Assembly: GCF_000020025.1 (NCBI RefSeq)
Contig: NC_010628.1
Coordinates: 4,290,001-4,322,000 of the forward strand
Length of the DNA: 32,000 nucleotides
Direction: 5' to 3'
DNA from: Nostoc punctiforme PCC 73102
GTDB lineage: Bacteria > Cyanobacteriota > Cyanobacteriia > Cyanobacteriales > Nostocaceae
A program made the position numbers and the translations under genes. Positions 1-8,363 of this stretch are shown piece after piece. Numbering within the stretch: the stretch's first letter is position 1; every line of letters starts with the position of its first letter. The notes beneath the pieces were generated by a model. That model was not told where the DNA came from and ran no database searches. It was given only the letters and a program-made list of their open reading frames with translations.

Positions 1-1169
1 GATGGAATACCTATAGCTCTAGGGATAGAACGCCGCGTTCCTTCGCTAGTTGTGACTCCTCGCACCAATATCCCATCATAGATACCGTGATAAGAGCCAG
101 TAAATAAAGCAATCTTGGAGCGTCCTGTAGTAGCGCGTGCTAGGCGTATTGCTCCCATCACGGCTTCTGAACCATCGTTACAAAAAGCTGCCCGTTCTGC
201 GCCTGTTAGTTGACAAATTAACTCCGCAACCTGACCGGCAAGACGCGATTGTGGGCCGTGCAGTATACCTTGGTTTATTTGTTCTTGAATCGCATCAATG
301 ACAAACGAAGGCGAATGACCAAATAAAAGCGCACCAAACCCCATAGAAATGTCTACGTATTCGTTGCCATCAACATCCCAAAGCGTGGCTCCCTCTCCAC
401 GCTGTCCGTGGATGGGATATAACATCTCTTTAATTGAGGGCAGGAACCCTGTTACCGCCCTGCTATTAGCATGGTAAGAACGGTAAGTTTGCGAGAGTCG
501 CTTAGATTCTGAAGTACGCTTAACAAAACGTGCAATTAAATAATCTAAATGTTTTTGTTGATGAGGAGTTAACAGAGTCTTTGATTCTGAGTCAAGCTGT
601 TGGATATTTGCCGGAATTTGAGGCTCAATTATTTGGTTTATGAGTTGTTGATTAAACTTAGCTTGAATCGATGATGGACTTTCTTGAAAACCAGATTTAT
701 CCTGAACAGGAGCAGATGGTATTGCTGCTTGTAAAGGTAATCTTTTCTTAGATGAACCTGCTTTTTGCAAAATATCTAGCTGTTTAGACATTAGCTGAAG
801 CTGCTGTTCTATTACCTGTTCCAGTATTGTACCTGTTACAGATTTTTCATTTTCTTGCTCAAACTCTTGTGTATCTGAAGCCTTAACAGCTAGCCTTGAT
901 TCCTTGATATCTTCTGGAGGTATTTCTTGCACTATGTGCGTTACTAAGGCATGAATTGTTGATAAATCTTCAAGTAATAAACGAAAAGGAATATTAATAC
1001 TTAACTGTTTTTGAATGGCACGGTTTATTTGCAGCAATATCAGAGAGTCAACACCCATTTCTAGAAAACGAGTATGAATATCTATTGCAGATGACTTGAC
1101 TCCCAATGACTCACTAACAATGTCCTTGAGGCTTAATACTAATTTCTGATATTGCAAATCTTTCTTCAT
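1..1169 (-). CDS. PKS-type ACP fused to a class III (GSA-like) PLP aminotransferase domain; partial, C-terminal part lies beyond the left edge
   Basis: Not in the supplied ORF track because it is edge-truncated. My reverse-complement translation from ATG 1169..1167 gives MKKDLQYQKLVLSLKDIVSESLGVKSSAIDIHTRFLEMGVDSLILLQINRAIQKQL, a carrier domain with Ser42 in GVDSL. A long Q/P-rich linker containing QQLQLMSKQLDILQK follows. Then comes WDVDGNEYVDISMGFGALLFGHSPSF..CNDGSEAVMGAIRLARATTGRSKIALFTGSYHG, collinear with the aminotransferase at 27434..28927. The frame stays open to nt 1. Confidence 0.85.
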   Translation of the reverse strand, partial: MKKDLQYQKLVLSLKDIVSESLGVKSSAIDIHTRFLEMGVDSLILLQINRAIQKQLSINIPFRLLLEDLSTIHALVTHIVQEIPPEDIKESRLAVKASDTQEFEQENEKSVTGTILEQVIEQQLQLMSKQLDILQKAGSSKKRLPLQAAIPSAPVQDKSGFQESPSSIQAKFNQQLINQIIEPQIPANIQQLDSESKTLLTPHQQKHLDYLIARFVKRTSESKRLSQTYRSYHANSRAVTGFLPSIKEMLYPIHGQRGEGATLWDVDGNEYVDISMGFGALLFGHSPSFVIDAIQEQINQGILHGPQSRLAGQVAELICQLTGAERAAFCNDGSEAVMGAIRLARATTGRSKIALFTGSYHGIYDGILVRGVTTSEGTRRSIPRAIGIP

Positions 1170-1210
1170 AATATTTTTCAAAAACTTATTTATTACTGAA
1201 TGCATTTATA

Positions 1211-1360
1211 TATAGCAGTTCTAAATCATTCGTGAAACCTCTCGTTATTCTTCTCTCTGTGTACTCTGCGTCTCTGCGGTAGCCTGCGGCAAGGCGCTCT
1301 GCGTCTACGTTAAAAAATAATTTCTATAAATAAGATAATATTGCTATAGCAGTCCTAAAT
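1211..1360. repeat. Short MITE-like intergenic insert: CTCTGCG-rich core bracketed by a 16-bp imperfect direct repeat
   Basis: TATAGCAGTTCTAAAT (1211-1226) and TATAGCAGTCCTAAAT (1345-1360) differ at one position. They bracket a ~118-bp core with CTCTGCGTC at 1264-1272 and 1297-1305, plus TCTCTGCGG and CCTGCGG. The reverse complement contains TTTTTTAACG followed by GACGCAGAG-type repeats, like the element at 29850-30003. It sits in the 244-bp gap between two PKS genes. Confidence 0.45.
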
Positions 1361-1413
1361 AAATTTATAAAATATTTGCTTTTTTCTTGATGCTATTAGC
1401 ATATATATAATTG

Positions 1414-4320
1414 CTACATATCTTTTTCTAAGATATCTAACTGCTGAAACATAACAGCAATTTGTTTGTTGACGATCTTTTGAAGAAAATTATCATATTT
1501 TTCACCTCTACTACCTAGTTTAAGGATGTTGTTTTGATGAGAATCAAAAAATAAATCTTGTGATTCATCTTCCAGATGATTAATCTGTTTATTCTGTAAT
1601 TGATTCAACTCATTAACTTTAGTAGACTCAACCCAGTATCTTTTACGCTCAAATGGGTAAGTTGGTAAAGGTAGCCGATAACGTTTTTCATGAGCATACA
1701 AACTTGACCAATCAACTTGTATACCGTACAACCACAAATTTCCCAAAGTATTCAGCAAGAATGCAACATCAGATTGTTGATTATGAGGATGACCTATGGA
1801 GCAAAGCACCAATTGTCCCTGCGACTGTTGCTTAGTTAAAGTACTTAAAGTGCAACCAAACCCAACTTCTAAAAAAATCCGATTTGGCTGTTTGCACAAT
1901 TCACTAATGCCATCGGCAAAGCGTACTGATGACCGCAAATGTTTAACCCAATAACTGTTATCTGTTGCTTCTTTTGTAGTAATCCAAGTGCCAGTTACGT
2001 TAGATAAAAATGGGATTTTTGGTGGATTAAGATTGACTTTTGCTAGCAAACTCTTAAATGGCTCAATGATTGAGTCCATCATTTGAGAATGAAAGGCATG
2101 GGAGGTACGAAGAAGACGACAGTCAACCCCTTGCTGAGTTAAGCAGTTTTGCAAATCTTCTATCTCTGAACTTAATCCTGAAACTACACAACGTTCTGGT
2201 GCGTTGATTGCTGCTATGCAGAGTTTAGCACCTAGTATAGGTATAACTTTTCTCTCCGGTAGCGCCACAGCTAGCATTGCTCCTGAAGGTAGTTGCTGCA
2301 TCAATTGCCCACGCTTGGCAACTAGCATCAATGCATCTTCTAGAGAAAATACCCCAGCTAAACAAGCGGCGACGTATTCTCCTATGCTATGACCAATCAT
2401 TGCACTAGGGCACACTCCCTTAGCCAACCACAACTGTGCTAGGGCATATTCAACCACGAATAGCGCCGGCTGGGTGATATGAGTTTGGGTCAACTGTTCT
2501 GTCGCCCATTGCGTCTGTTCTTCGCAGGGATACAGAATAGTCCGTAAGTCTAGCTCTAATATATGTTTGAGTTGTTCGCAGCAATCATCAACCTGTTCCC
2601 GGAAAATTGGCTCAGTTTGGTATAATTCTCGACCCATCGCTACAGACTGCGACCCCTGACCAGGAAACATAAACACAACCTCTAACTCACCTGGTTCTTG
2701 ATAGTGGGTGAGAACTCGTTGCGGGTCTTTTGCCTCTAAAACTTTGATTGCATCCTCAATATCTTGACAAACTACCATTCGACGATGAACAAAAGCTCGA
2801 CGGCCTATCCCCAGAGTGTAAGCAACATCAGCTAAGTTTAAATCAGGATGCTGTTTGAGGTGATTAGCCAGATTTGCTGTAGCTGCCTGTAATGCTGATT
2901 CTGTTTTAGCAGAAAGAACTAACAGCTGATATTTCCTCCCCTGCCTCCCCCGGTTACTGAGCGTAGTCGAAGTATGCTCCCCCTGCTCTCTCACCGGGGC
3001 TTCTTCTAGAATCACATGAGCATTAGTGCCACCAATGCCGAAAGAACTGACTCCTGCGCGTCTAGGGTGTCCGTTCGACTTCCATTCTGACAGCTTATCG
3101 TTAACGTAAAAGGGGTTGTTTGCAAAATCAATCTGGGGATTGGGCTGCTCAAAGTGCAAACTGGGTGGTATCTGCTTGTGTTTGAGTGCGAGAACAGTTT
3201 TGATTAAACTAGCAACACCAGATGCGGTATCTAGGTGTCCGATATTCGTCTTTACCGAACCAATGGCACAGAAATTCTTTTTTTGAGTTCTGGCACGAAA
3301 AGATTTAGTTAGTGCTGCAATTTCAATCGGATCTCCTAAAACTGTGCCGGTGCCATGAGCTTCTACATAACTGACCATATCTGGTTCGATTCTGCTGATG
3401 GCAAGAGCCTCTGCAATCACCTTGGCTTGACCATCGATACTGGGAGCTGTATAGCCAATTTTGGCTGAACCATCATTATTAATGGCTGAACCTTTAATTA
3501 CAGCATGAATATAATCTCCATCTGCGATCGCATCTGCTAATCGTTTTAAAATTACTATACCGACACCATTGCCACCAACAGTCCCTTGTGCCTTGGCATC
3601 AAAGGCGCGGCAATGTCCATCGGGAGATAAAATTCCCCCTTCTTGATAAGAATAGCCGGTCTTTTGTAAGGTAGTTACAGAAACTCCACCTGCTAAGACT
3701 AAATCGCATTCACGATCTATTAAACTTTGACATGCTAAATGAACCGCGACTAAGGAACTAGAACACCCAGTTTGAATAGTGATAGCTGACCCCTTCAGGT
3801 CTAATTTATAAGCAACTCTTGTAGTTAGATTATCTGTACGATTATGATGTCTAATTTGGTCAAGACCAACTAATTTTATCAGTTCACTGTTAGAAAAAAG
3901 ATTAAATAAAAAGTAGCTACTAATACTGGCACTACCGTAAACACTAATCCGACCTTTATAGGTTTTAGAATCATAACCAGCACTTTCCAAAGCTTCCCAT
4001 GCTGTTTCCAAAAACAGACGATGCTGTGGATCTATTATTTCTGCTGTTTTGGGAGAGTAATCAAAGAATGAAGCATCAAATAATTCTATATCTTCCAGTA
4101 CAGCATTTGCTTTGACATAATTGGGATCGTTTAGTGTAGTTGGATCTACCCCTAAAGCCTCCAGTTCCTGGTTTGAGAAAAAGGAAATTGATTCCAAACC
4201 TTTTTGTAAATTTTGCCAAAAGATATCTAAATTTTTAGCTTGAGGAAACCGTCCAGACATACCAATAATAGCTATGTCTAAGTCGCCTATTTGATTTTGT
4301 TGGAGATTGTCATTTTTCAT
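1414..4320 (-). CDS. Type I PKS module, KS-AT only (no KR/DH/ER and no carrier domain), with a ~70-aa C-terminal tail
   Basis: ORF track, 968 aa. KS motifs: TGCSSSLVAVHLA (Cys185), EAHGTGT, KTNIGH. AT motifs: FPGQGSQ, GHSIGE (Ser645), TSHAFHS (malonyl-type). No GxDS or GGxS carrier motif follows the post-AT YPFERKRYW linker. Confidence 0.95.
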   Translation of the reverse strand: MKNDNLQQNQIGDLDIAIIGMSGRFPQAKNLDIFWQNLQKGLESISFFSNQELEALGVDPTTLNDPNYVKANAVLEDIELFDASFFDYSPKTAEIIDPQHRLFLETAWEALESAGYDSKTYKGRISVYGSASISSYFLFNLFSNSELIKLVGLDQIRHHNRTDNLTTRVAYKLDLKGSAITIQTGCSSSLVAVHLACQSLIDRECDLVLAGGVSVTTLQKTGYSYQEGGILSPDGHCRAFDAKAQGTVGGNGVGIVILKRLADAIADGDYIHAVIKGSAINNDGSAKIGYTAPSIDGQAKVIAEALAISRIEPDMVSYVEAHGTGTVLGDPIEIAALTKSFRARTQKKNFCAIGSVKTNIGHLDTASGVASLIKTVLALKHKQIPPSLHFEQPNPQIDFANNPFYVNDKLSEWKSNGHPRRAGVSSFGIGGTNAHVILEEAPVREQGEHTSTTLSNRGRQGRKYQLLVLSAKTESALQAATANLANHLKQHPDLNLADVAYTLGIGRRAFVHRRMVVCQDIEDAIKVLEAKDPQRVLTHYQEPGELEVVFMFPGQGSQSVAMGRELYQTEPIFREQVDDCCEQLKHILELDLRTILYPCEEQTQWATEQLTQTHITQPALFVVEYALAQLWLAKGVCPSAMIGHSIGEYVAACLAGVFSLEDALMLVAKRGQLMQQLPSGAMLAVALPERKVIPILGAKLCIAAINAPERCVVSGLSSEIEDLQNCLTQQGVDCRLLRTSHAFHSQMMDSIIEPFKSLLAKVNLNPPKIPFLSNVTGTWITTKEATDNSYWVKHLRSSVRFADGISELCKQPNRIFLEVGFGCTLSTLTKQQSQGQLVLCSIGHPHNQQSDVAFLLNTLGNLWLYGIQVDWSSLYAHEKRYRLPLPTYPFERKRYWVESTKVNELNQLQNKQINHLEDESQDLFFDSHQNNILKLGSRGEKYDNFLQKIVNKQIAVMFQQLDILEKDM

Positions 4321-4353
4321 TAGTGTTAAGGTTTCAGTCGTTTTTATAAAAAT

Positions 4354-7300
4354 TTATCTATATTGCGCTCTTGACTGTCTAGAAGCAGTGCGGCTCTCAG
4401 CACGCTCAGTGCTTTCCTCAAAAGAGGATATTTCAGTTGGTTTTTGTATTAAATATTTAGCTAATGAGTTGATGGTTGGATATTCAAATAGGTTAATTAC
4501 TGATATATCTGTGTGCAAAAGTTCTCGTAGTTTGGCGTGAATTTGCACAAGAAGTAATGAATGACCACCAAGATCGAAGAAGTTATCGTAAATGCCCACC
4601 TTTTCAACATGAAGCATCTGTTGCCAGATATTAGCAATAGTTTGCTCTATCTCAGTTTGTGGTGGCTCATAAGTTGCTGCCAATTCTGGGCGATCGCCAT
4701 TTGATTCTGGGAGTTCTCTACGGTTCACTTTGCCATTGGGTGTTAGTGGCAAAGCTTTTAACATAATGAAAGTTGCAGGCATCATGTATTCTGGCAGTTT
4801 CTCCCTCAGAAATCTATACAGTTCGCTAACACTGAGTGTTTGCTGTTGCTTAGGAACAACATAAGCCACCAAGGATTTGTTGCCAAACTCCTCTTCTCGG
4901 ATAGAAGCTACAGCCTGCTGCACTTGCGGGTGTTGACACAGTGTAGTTTCAATTTCTCCTAGTTCAATGCGGAAGCCTCTAATTTTTACTTGGTGATCGA
5001 CTCGTCCAAGAAACTCAATATTACCGTCGGGTAAGTAGCGGGCTAAGTCACCAGTTTTGTATAATCGTGAACCTGGCTTAGAAGCAATCAATCCCGTATC
5101 TGCAAAAGGATTGGGAATAAACTGTGCTGCTGTTAAATCAGATTGATTCAGATAACCCCTAGCTAATCCCGCACCGCCGATGTACAATTCACCCGGTACG
5201 CCAACGGGTACTGGTTGCAGTTGCTCATCCAGTAGATAAATCTGCGTATTGGCAAGTGGACGACCAAGGGGTACTGTCTGTGTATGATTAATTTGCTGCT
5301 CAACTGCGAAGGTAGTAACCCCCACCGTGGCTTCTGTAGGGCCATAGTGATTGAAGATTAAACTAGATGGTACTTGCTGCTGAATCTGTTCAATCAGTTG
5401 CCAATTTGCAGCTTCGCCACCCAGAATTAATTGCTGGCGGGGCAAGATGGAATCGGATGGTGCAGCAGCCAGAAGAGTGGCAAGGTGAGAAGGGACAATT
5501 TTCAGACAGTCGATAGGATGTGTGCGGCAGTATTTTGCCAAGGCTGCTGAGTCAGTAGCACACTCGGCAGACAACACATGCAGACATCCACCAGTGCAAA
5601 GCGCAGCAAAGATGCCAGTATTACCTAAGTCTGCGGCTAAGGTAGAAACAGTGGCAAAATTGGTTGTGGTTGATAAGTCTAACCTCTGGGTAATTCCGTT
5701 AAGGTAATTTAGAAGTTGTTGGTGTTCAATCGCTACTCCTTTTGGTTTACCAGTAGAGCCGGAGGTGAATAAAACATAAGCTAAATTCTCAGTCGTAACT
5801 TCACTGCTGAGATTTTCATCTTTGTGTTGAGCAATGGTATCCCAATCTGTGTCTAAGCAGACTATCTGTGCTGTATGCGTTGGTAGGGCATTTACTAATC
5901 GCTGTTGTGTCAAGATTACTGGTATTTGGGTATTCTGCAATCGGCCAGCAATTCCATCTTTGGTTAAAGTTGGATCTAGCGGTAAATAGGCTCCACCAGC
6001 TTTGAGGATGCCCAAAAGTCCAATAATCATCAATAGCGATCGCTCTGTGCAAAGCCCTACTAAAACTTCCGGCTTGACTCCTTGCTGCTGTAAATAGTCG
6101 GCAAGTTGATTGGCTTTGCTATTCAACTGTGCATAGGTTAATTGCTGGTTTTCAAAGACAACGGCAATTTTATTCGGTGTTTTTTGTACTTGTGCTTCAA
6201 ATAGTTGATGAATGCATTTATGTTGTATATTGTCAAGATATGTTTGGTTAAATTCGACTAACAATTGTTGGCGATCGCTTGGACTGAGAATCTCTAATTG
6301 GCTAATTTTCTCTTCTGGATGAGCAGTTACACTAGTTAATAAAGTTTGAAATTGTCTGGCTATGCGTTCAATAGCATCGGCTGAGAAATAATTGATATCG
6401 TAGTAAAATTCTGTAGTTAAATAATGCTGGCGTTGATTACAACTAAGTTTGATTTTAAACTGTTCAATACAACTGTAATATTGCTCCAGAGAAAATGATA
6501 CATCGCCAGCAACGAGTTCTTCTGGTAGCTGTTCAAACTCGAAACCGATGGGAAAAGCCAGTTGATGATTTTCTATTGGTTCTGGCACAAAATAATCTTG
6601 CCATTCTGCACTAGCTTCTATAGTCCGATCGGCTAGTTCTACAACTTCTTTAAAACGTAAATCTGATGTCAAATAAGTTTTAATTGGCAACCAAGTAGCA
6701 ACAAGTCCTAGTAAGTTATGTAGTTCTTCATAATCGCGGCGATCGCTAGCCATACCGATGATGATATCTGGCTGTCTTGTAAGTCGCCAAATCAGCGTTT
6801 GCCAGCAAGCTAGTAAAACGACAGCAACGGAAGTATTATACTTTTGAGCTAAAGTGGCAATCTCGACTTTTATGTTAGAGGTAATATCTAAGCGATAACA
6901 GTCTACTTCAAACTTAGATGGCTGTAATAGTTTGTTCTCAAAAGGTAACTTTAAAGAGGCAAGTGTCGAAATCTTTTGCTCATCCCAGTATTTCTTAGCT
7001 GATTCTGCATCTTCATCTTCGAGTAATTGATTCTGCCATTCAGAAAATTGTATATATTGTACAACTTCTTCTGATACTGTTTTTTCTTGGAAACAAACAG
7101 AATAGGAATTGCTGATTTCAGTTACCAAATTTTTTAGTGCCCATGCATCAGCACAAAGTGAAGGCAGACTGATAAGTAAAATGTACTTATTTACTGATAG
7201 CCTCAGTAGAGATACATGCAACAGTGATCCTTGCTCAAAATCGAGAGAAAGACTTCGTGCTTCTTGGAAAAAATATTCTATTTGCCTTGAGAGTTCTTTT

Positions 7301-7581
7301 GGTTCGCAATCACTCAGATCAATGTCACGCCACGATAGAATATTCCTGTTTCCTAAAACCATCACAGGAATTTTCATTCCAGGTAGGTAGTGAAAAGTTG
7401 TATGCAGAATCCCATGTCGAATAACGACTTGCTCTAAAGCAGCTTTTAATGCTTCTGGTTTGATATTACCTTCAATAAGAAGGGCACATTGAGTAAAGTA
7501 AGCTAAACTATGCTGCTGTAATGACCAAAGACGCTTTTGTTGAGGAGAAAGCCGAAAACCCTGAGTTATTTTATTTGGCAT
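4354..7581 (-). CDS. NRPS: non-catalytic C-like (interface-like) domain - A (Asp-type code) - T
   Basis: ORF track, 1075 aa. The N-terminal ~430 aa have C-superfamily architecture, but the HHxxxDG position reads SLPSLCAD. A-domain cores: FTSGSTGKPKG, NHYGPTE, YKTGDL, KIRGFRIELGEIE, PNGKVNR. T domain: FFDLGGHSLL (Ser1008). Confidence 0.95.
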   Translation of the reverse strand: MPNKITQGFRLSPQQKRLWSLQQHSLAYFTQCALLIEGNIKPEALKAALEQVVIRHGILHTTFHYLPGMKIPVMVLGNRNILSWRDIDLSDCEPKELSRQIEYFFQEARSLSLDFEQGSLLHVSLLRLSVNKYILLISLPSLCADAWALKNLVTEISNSYSVCFQEKTVSEEVVQYIQFSEWQNQLLEDEDAESAKKYWDEQKISTLASLKLPFENKLLQPSKFEVDCYRLDITSNIKVEIATLAQKYNTSVAVVLLACWQTLIWRLTRQPDIIIGMASDRRDYEELHNLLGLVATWLPIKTYLTSDLRFKEVVELADRTIEASAEWQDYFVPEPIENHQLAFPIGFEFEQLPEELVAGDVSFSLEQYYSCIEQFKIKLSCNQRQHYLTTEFYYDINYFSADAIERIARQFQTLLTSVTAHPEEKISQLEILSPSDRQQLLVEFNQTYLDNIQHKCIHQLFEAQVQKTPNKIAVVFENQQLTYAQLNSKANQLADYLQQQGVKPEVLVGLCTERSLLMIIGLLGILKAGGAYLPLDPTLTKDGIAGRLQNTQIPVILTQQRLVNALPTHTAQIVCLDTDWDTIAQHKDENLSSEVTTENLAYVLFTSGSTGKPKGVAIEHQQLLNYLNGITQRLDLSTTTNFATVSTLAADLGNTGIFAALCTGGCLHVLSAECATDSAALAKYCRTHPIDCLKIVPSHLATLLAAAPSDSILPRQQLILGGEAANWQLIEQIQQQVPSSLIFNHYGPTEATVGVTTFAVEQQINHTQTVPLGRPLANTQIYLLDEQLQPVPVGVPGELYIGGAGLARGYLNQSDLTAAQFIPNPFADTGLIASKPGSRLYKTGDLARYLPDGNIEFLGRVDHQVKIRGFRIELGEIETTLCQHPQVQQAVASIREEEFGNKSLVAYVVPKQQQTLSVSELYRFLREKLPEYMMPATFIMLKALPLTPNGKVNRRELPESNGDRPELAATYEPPQTEIEQTIANIWQQMLHVEKVGIYDNFFDLGGHSLLLVQIHAKLRELLHTDISVINLFEYPTINSLAKYLIQKPTEISSFEESTERAESRTASRQSRAQYR
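4717..6219 (-). other. Adenylation domain, hand-extracted specificity code DLTKIGHVGK (Asp-like)
   Basis: Aligned by eye to GrsA-PheA positions 235/236/239/278/299/301/322/330/331/517: D651 L652 T655 K694 I719 G721 H745 V753 G754 K951. The published Asp code is DLTKVGHIGK. Confidence 0.7.
6277..7563 (-). other. C-like domain lacking the catalytic His motif (interface-like domain), approximate borders
   Basis: aa ~7-435 of ORF 4354..7581. It starts GFRLSPQQKRLW. The HHxxxDG position is ISLPSLCADAW (aa 137-147, nt ~7141-7173). Paralog of 15737..17029. Confidence 0.7.
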
Positions 7582-7586
7582 ATTAT

Positions 7587-8348
7587 CTACTCACTTAACG
7601 GTTTATGACAAACAAAGACGGCAGTATCAGACCCTCGTTCTACTCCCAAATCACGATTTATATCGTATATGGTAATTCCTGTAAATCCTACCTCTTCTAG
7701 AGCCGATTTAACCTCTGTTGTTGAATAAGCTTTTAAGAAAAAACTCCTATCCGATCGTTGCCAAAGACCATTTATTAATTGGAATCTAGTAGTATCTTTT
7801 CGACCAATTTTCTTTTCTGTATCGTAACTCCAAATATCTACCCAGACGTTATTATCTTTTACGCAACCACCAGTATCACTATTTTTCCAATCTAGTTCAC
7901 ACAATTCTTCCAGATACAATTCAAAGGCAAAGATACCATTTTCTAGCAGAGCATTATAAACATTTTGTAATGCATCTTTCAATTCCTCAATCCTGAGGAT
8001 ATAGTTGAGGACAACATCTGTCGAAATAGCTGCATAGAAAGTTGGTGGCAATTTAAAAAATCGGGCATCATCTAAAATAAATTTACCATCGGGTGCATTC
8101 TCCCTTGCAACCTTAAGCATTCCTTCAGAACTATCAAGTCCTGTTACTTGATACCCTCTTTTCAGTAATCGTTGTGCAATTTGCCCTGTACCGCAACCAA
8201 GGTCAAAAATGTGCGATCCTTTGGGAATATTTTTTAGAATTAATCTATCTATGCAATTTAATGTAATGTCATGATGCTCTAGACCTTTCAAGTCATACAT
8301 AGAAGCTATAGTATCATGATTGGTATTGCGTTGTTTGGAATACACCAT
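7587..8348 (-). CDS. Class I SAM-dependent methyltransferase (paralog of 29044..29790)
   Basis: ORF track 7587..8363 begins at a TTG that directly abuts the upstream stop. I prefer ATG 8348..8346, which is preceded by GAGGA (TTGAGGATAAACATTATG). SAM motif I is IFDLGCGTGQIAQRLL. Roughly half of positions are identical by eye to the other methyltransferase. Confidence 0.9.
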   Translation of the reverse strand: MVYSKQRNTNHDTIASMYDLKGLEHHDITLNCIDRLILKNIPKGSHIFDLGCGTGQIAQRLLKRGYQVTGLDSSEGMLKVARENAPDGKFILDDARFFKLPPTFYAAISTDVVLNYILRIEELKDALQNVYNALLENGIFAFELYLEELCELDWKNSDTGGCVKDNNVWVDIWSYDTEKKIGRKDTTRFQLINGLWQRSDRSFFLKAYSTTEVKSALEEVGFTGITIYDINRDLGVERGSDTAVFVCHKPLSE

Positions 8349-8363
8349 AATGTTTATCCTCAA

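Noticed and set aside
1417-1629. Reading the KS-AT C-terminal tail as a degenerate carrier domain (DLFFDSH versus DNFF.LGGHS).
   Set aside because: There is no serine in the right context. The similarity is limited to about 5 residues and the region is too short for a four-helix carrier fold. It is kept only as a remark inside the split-module finding.
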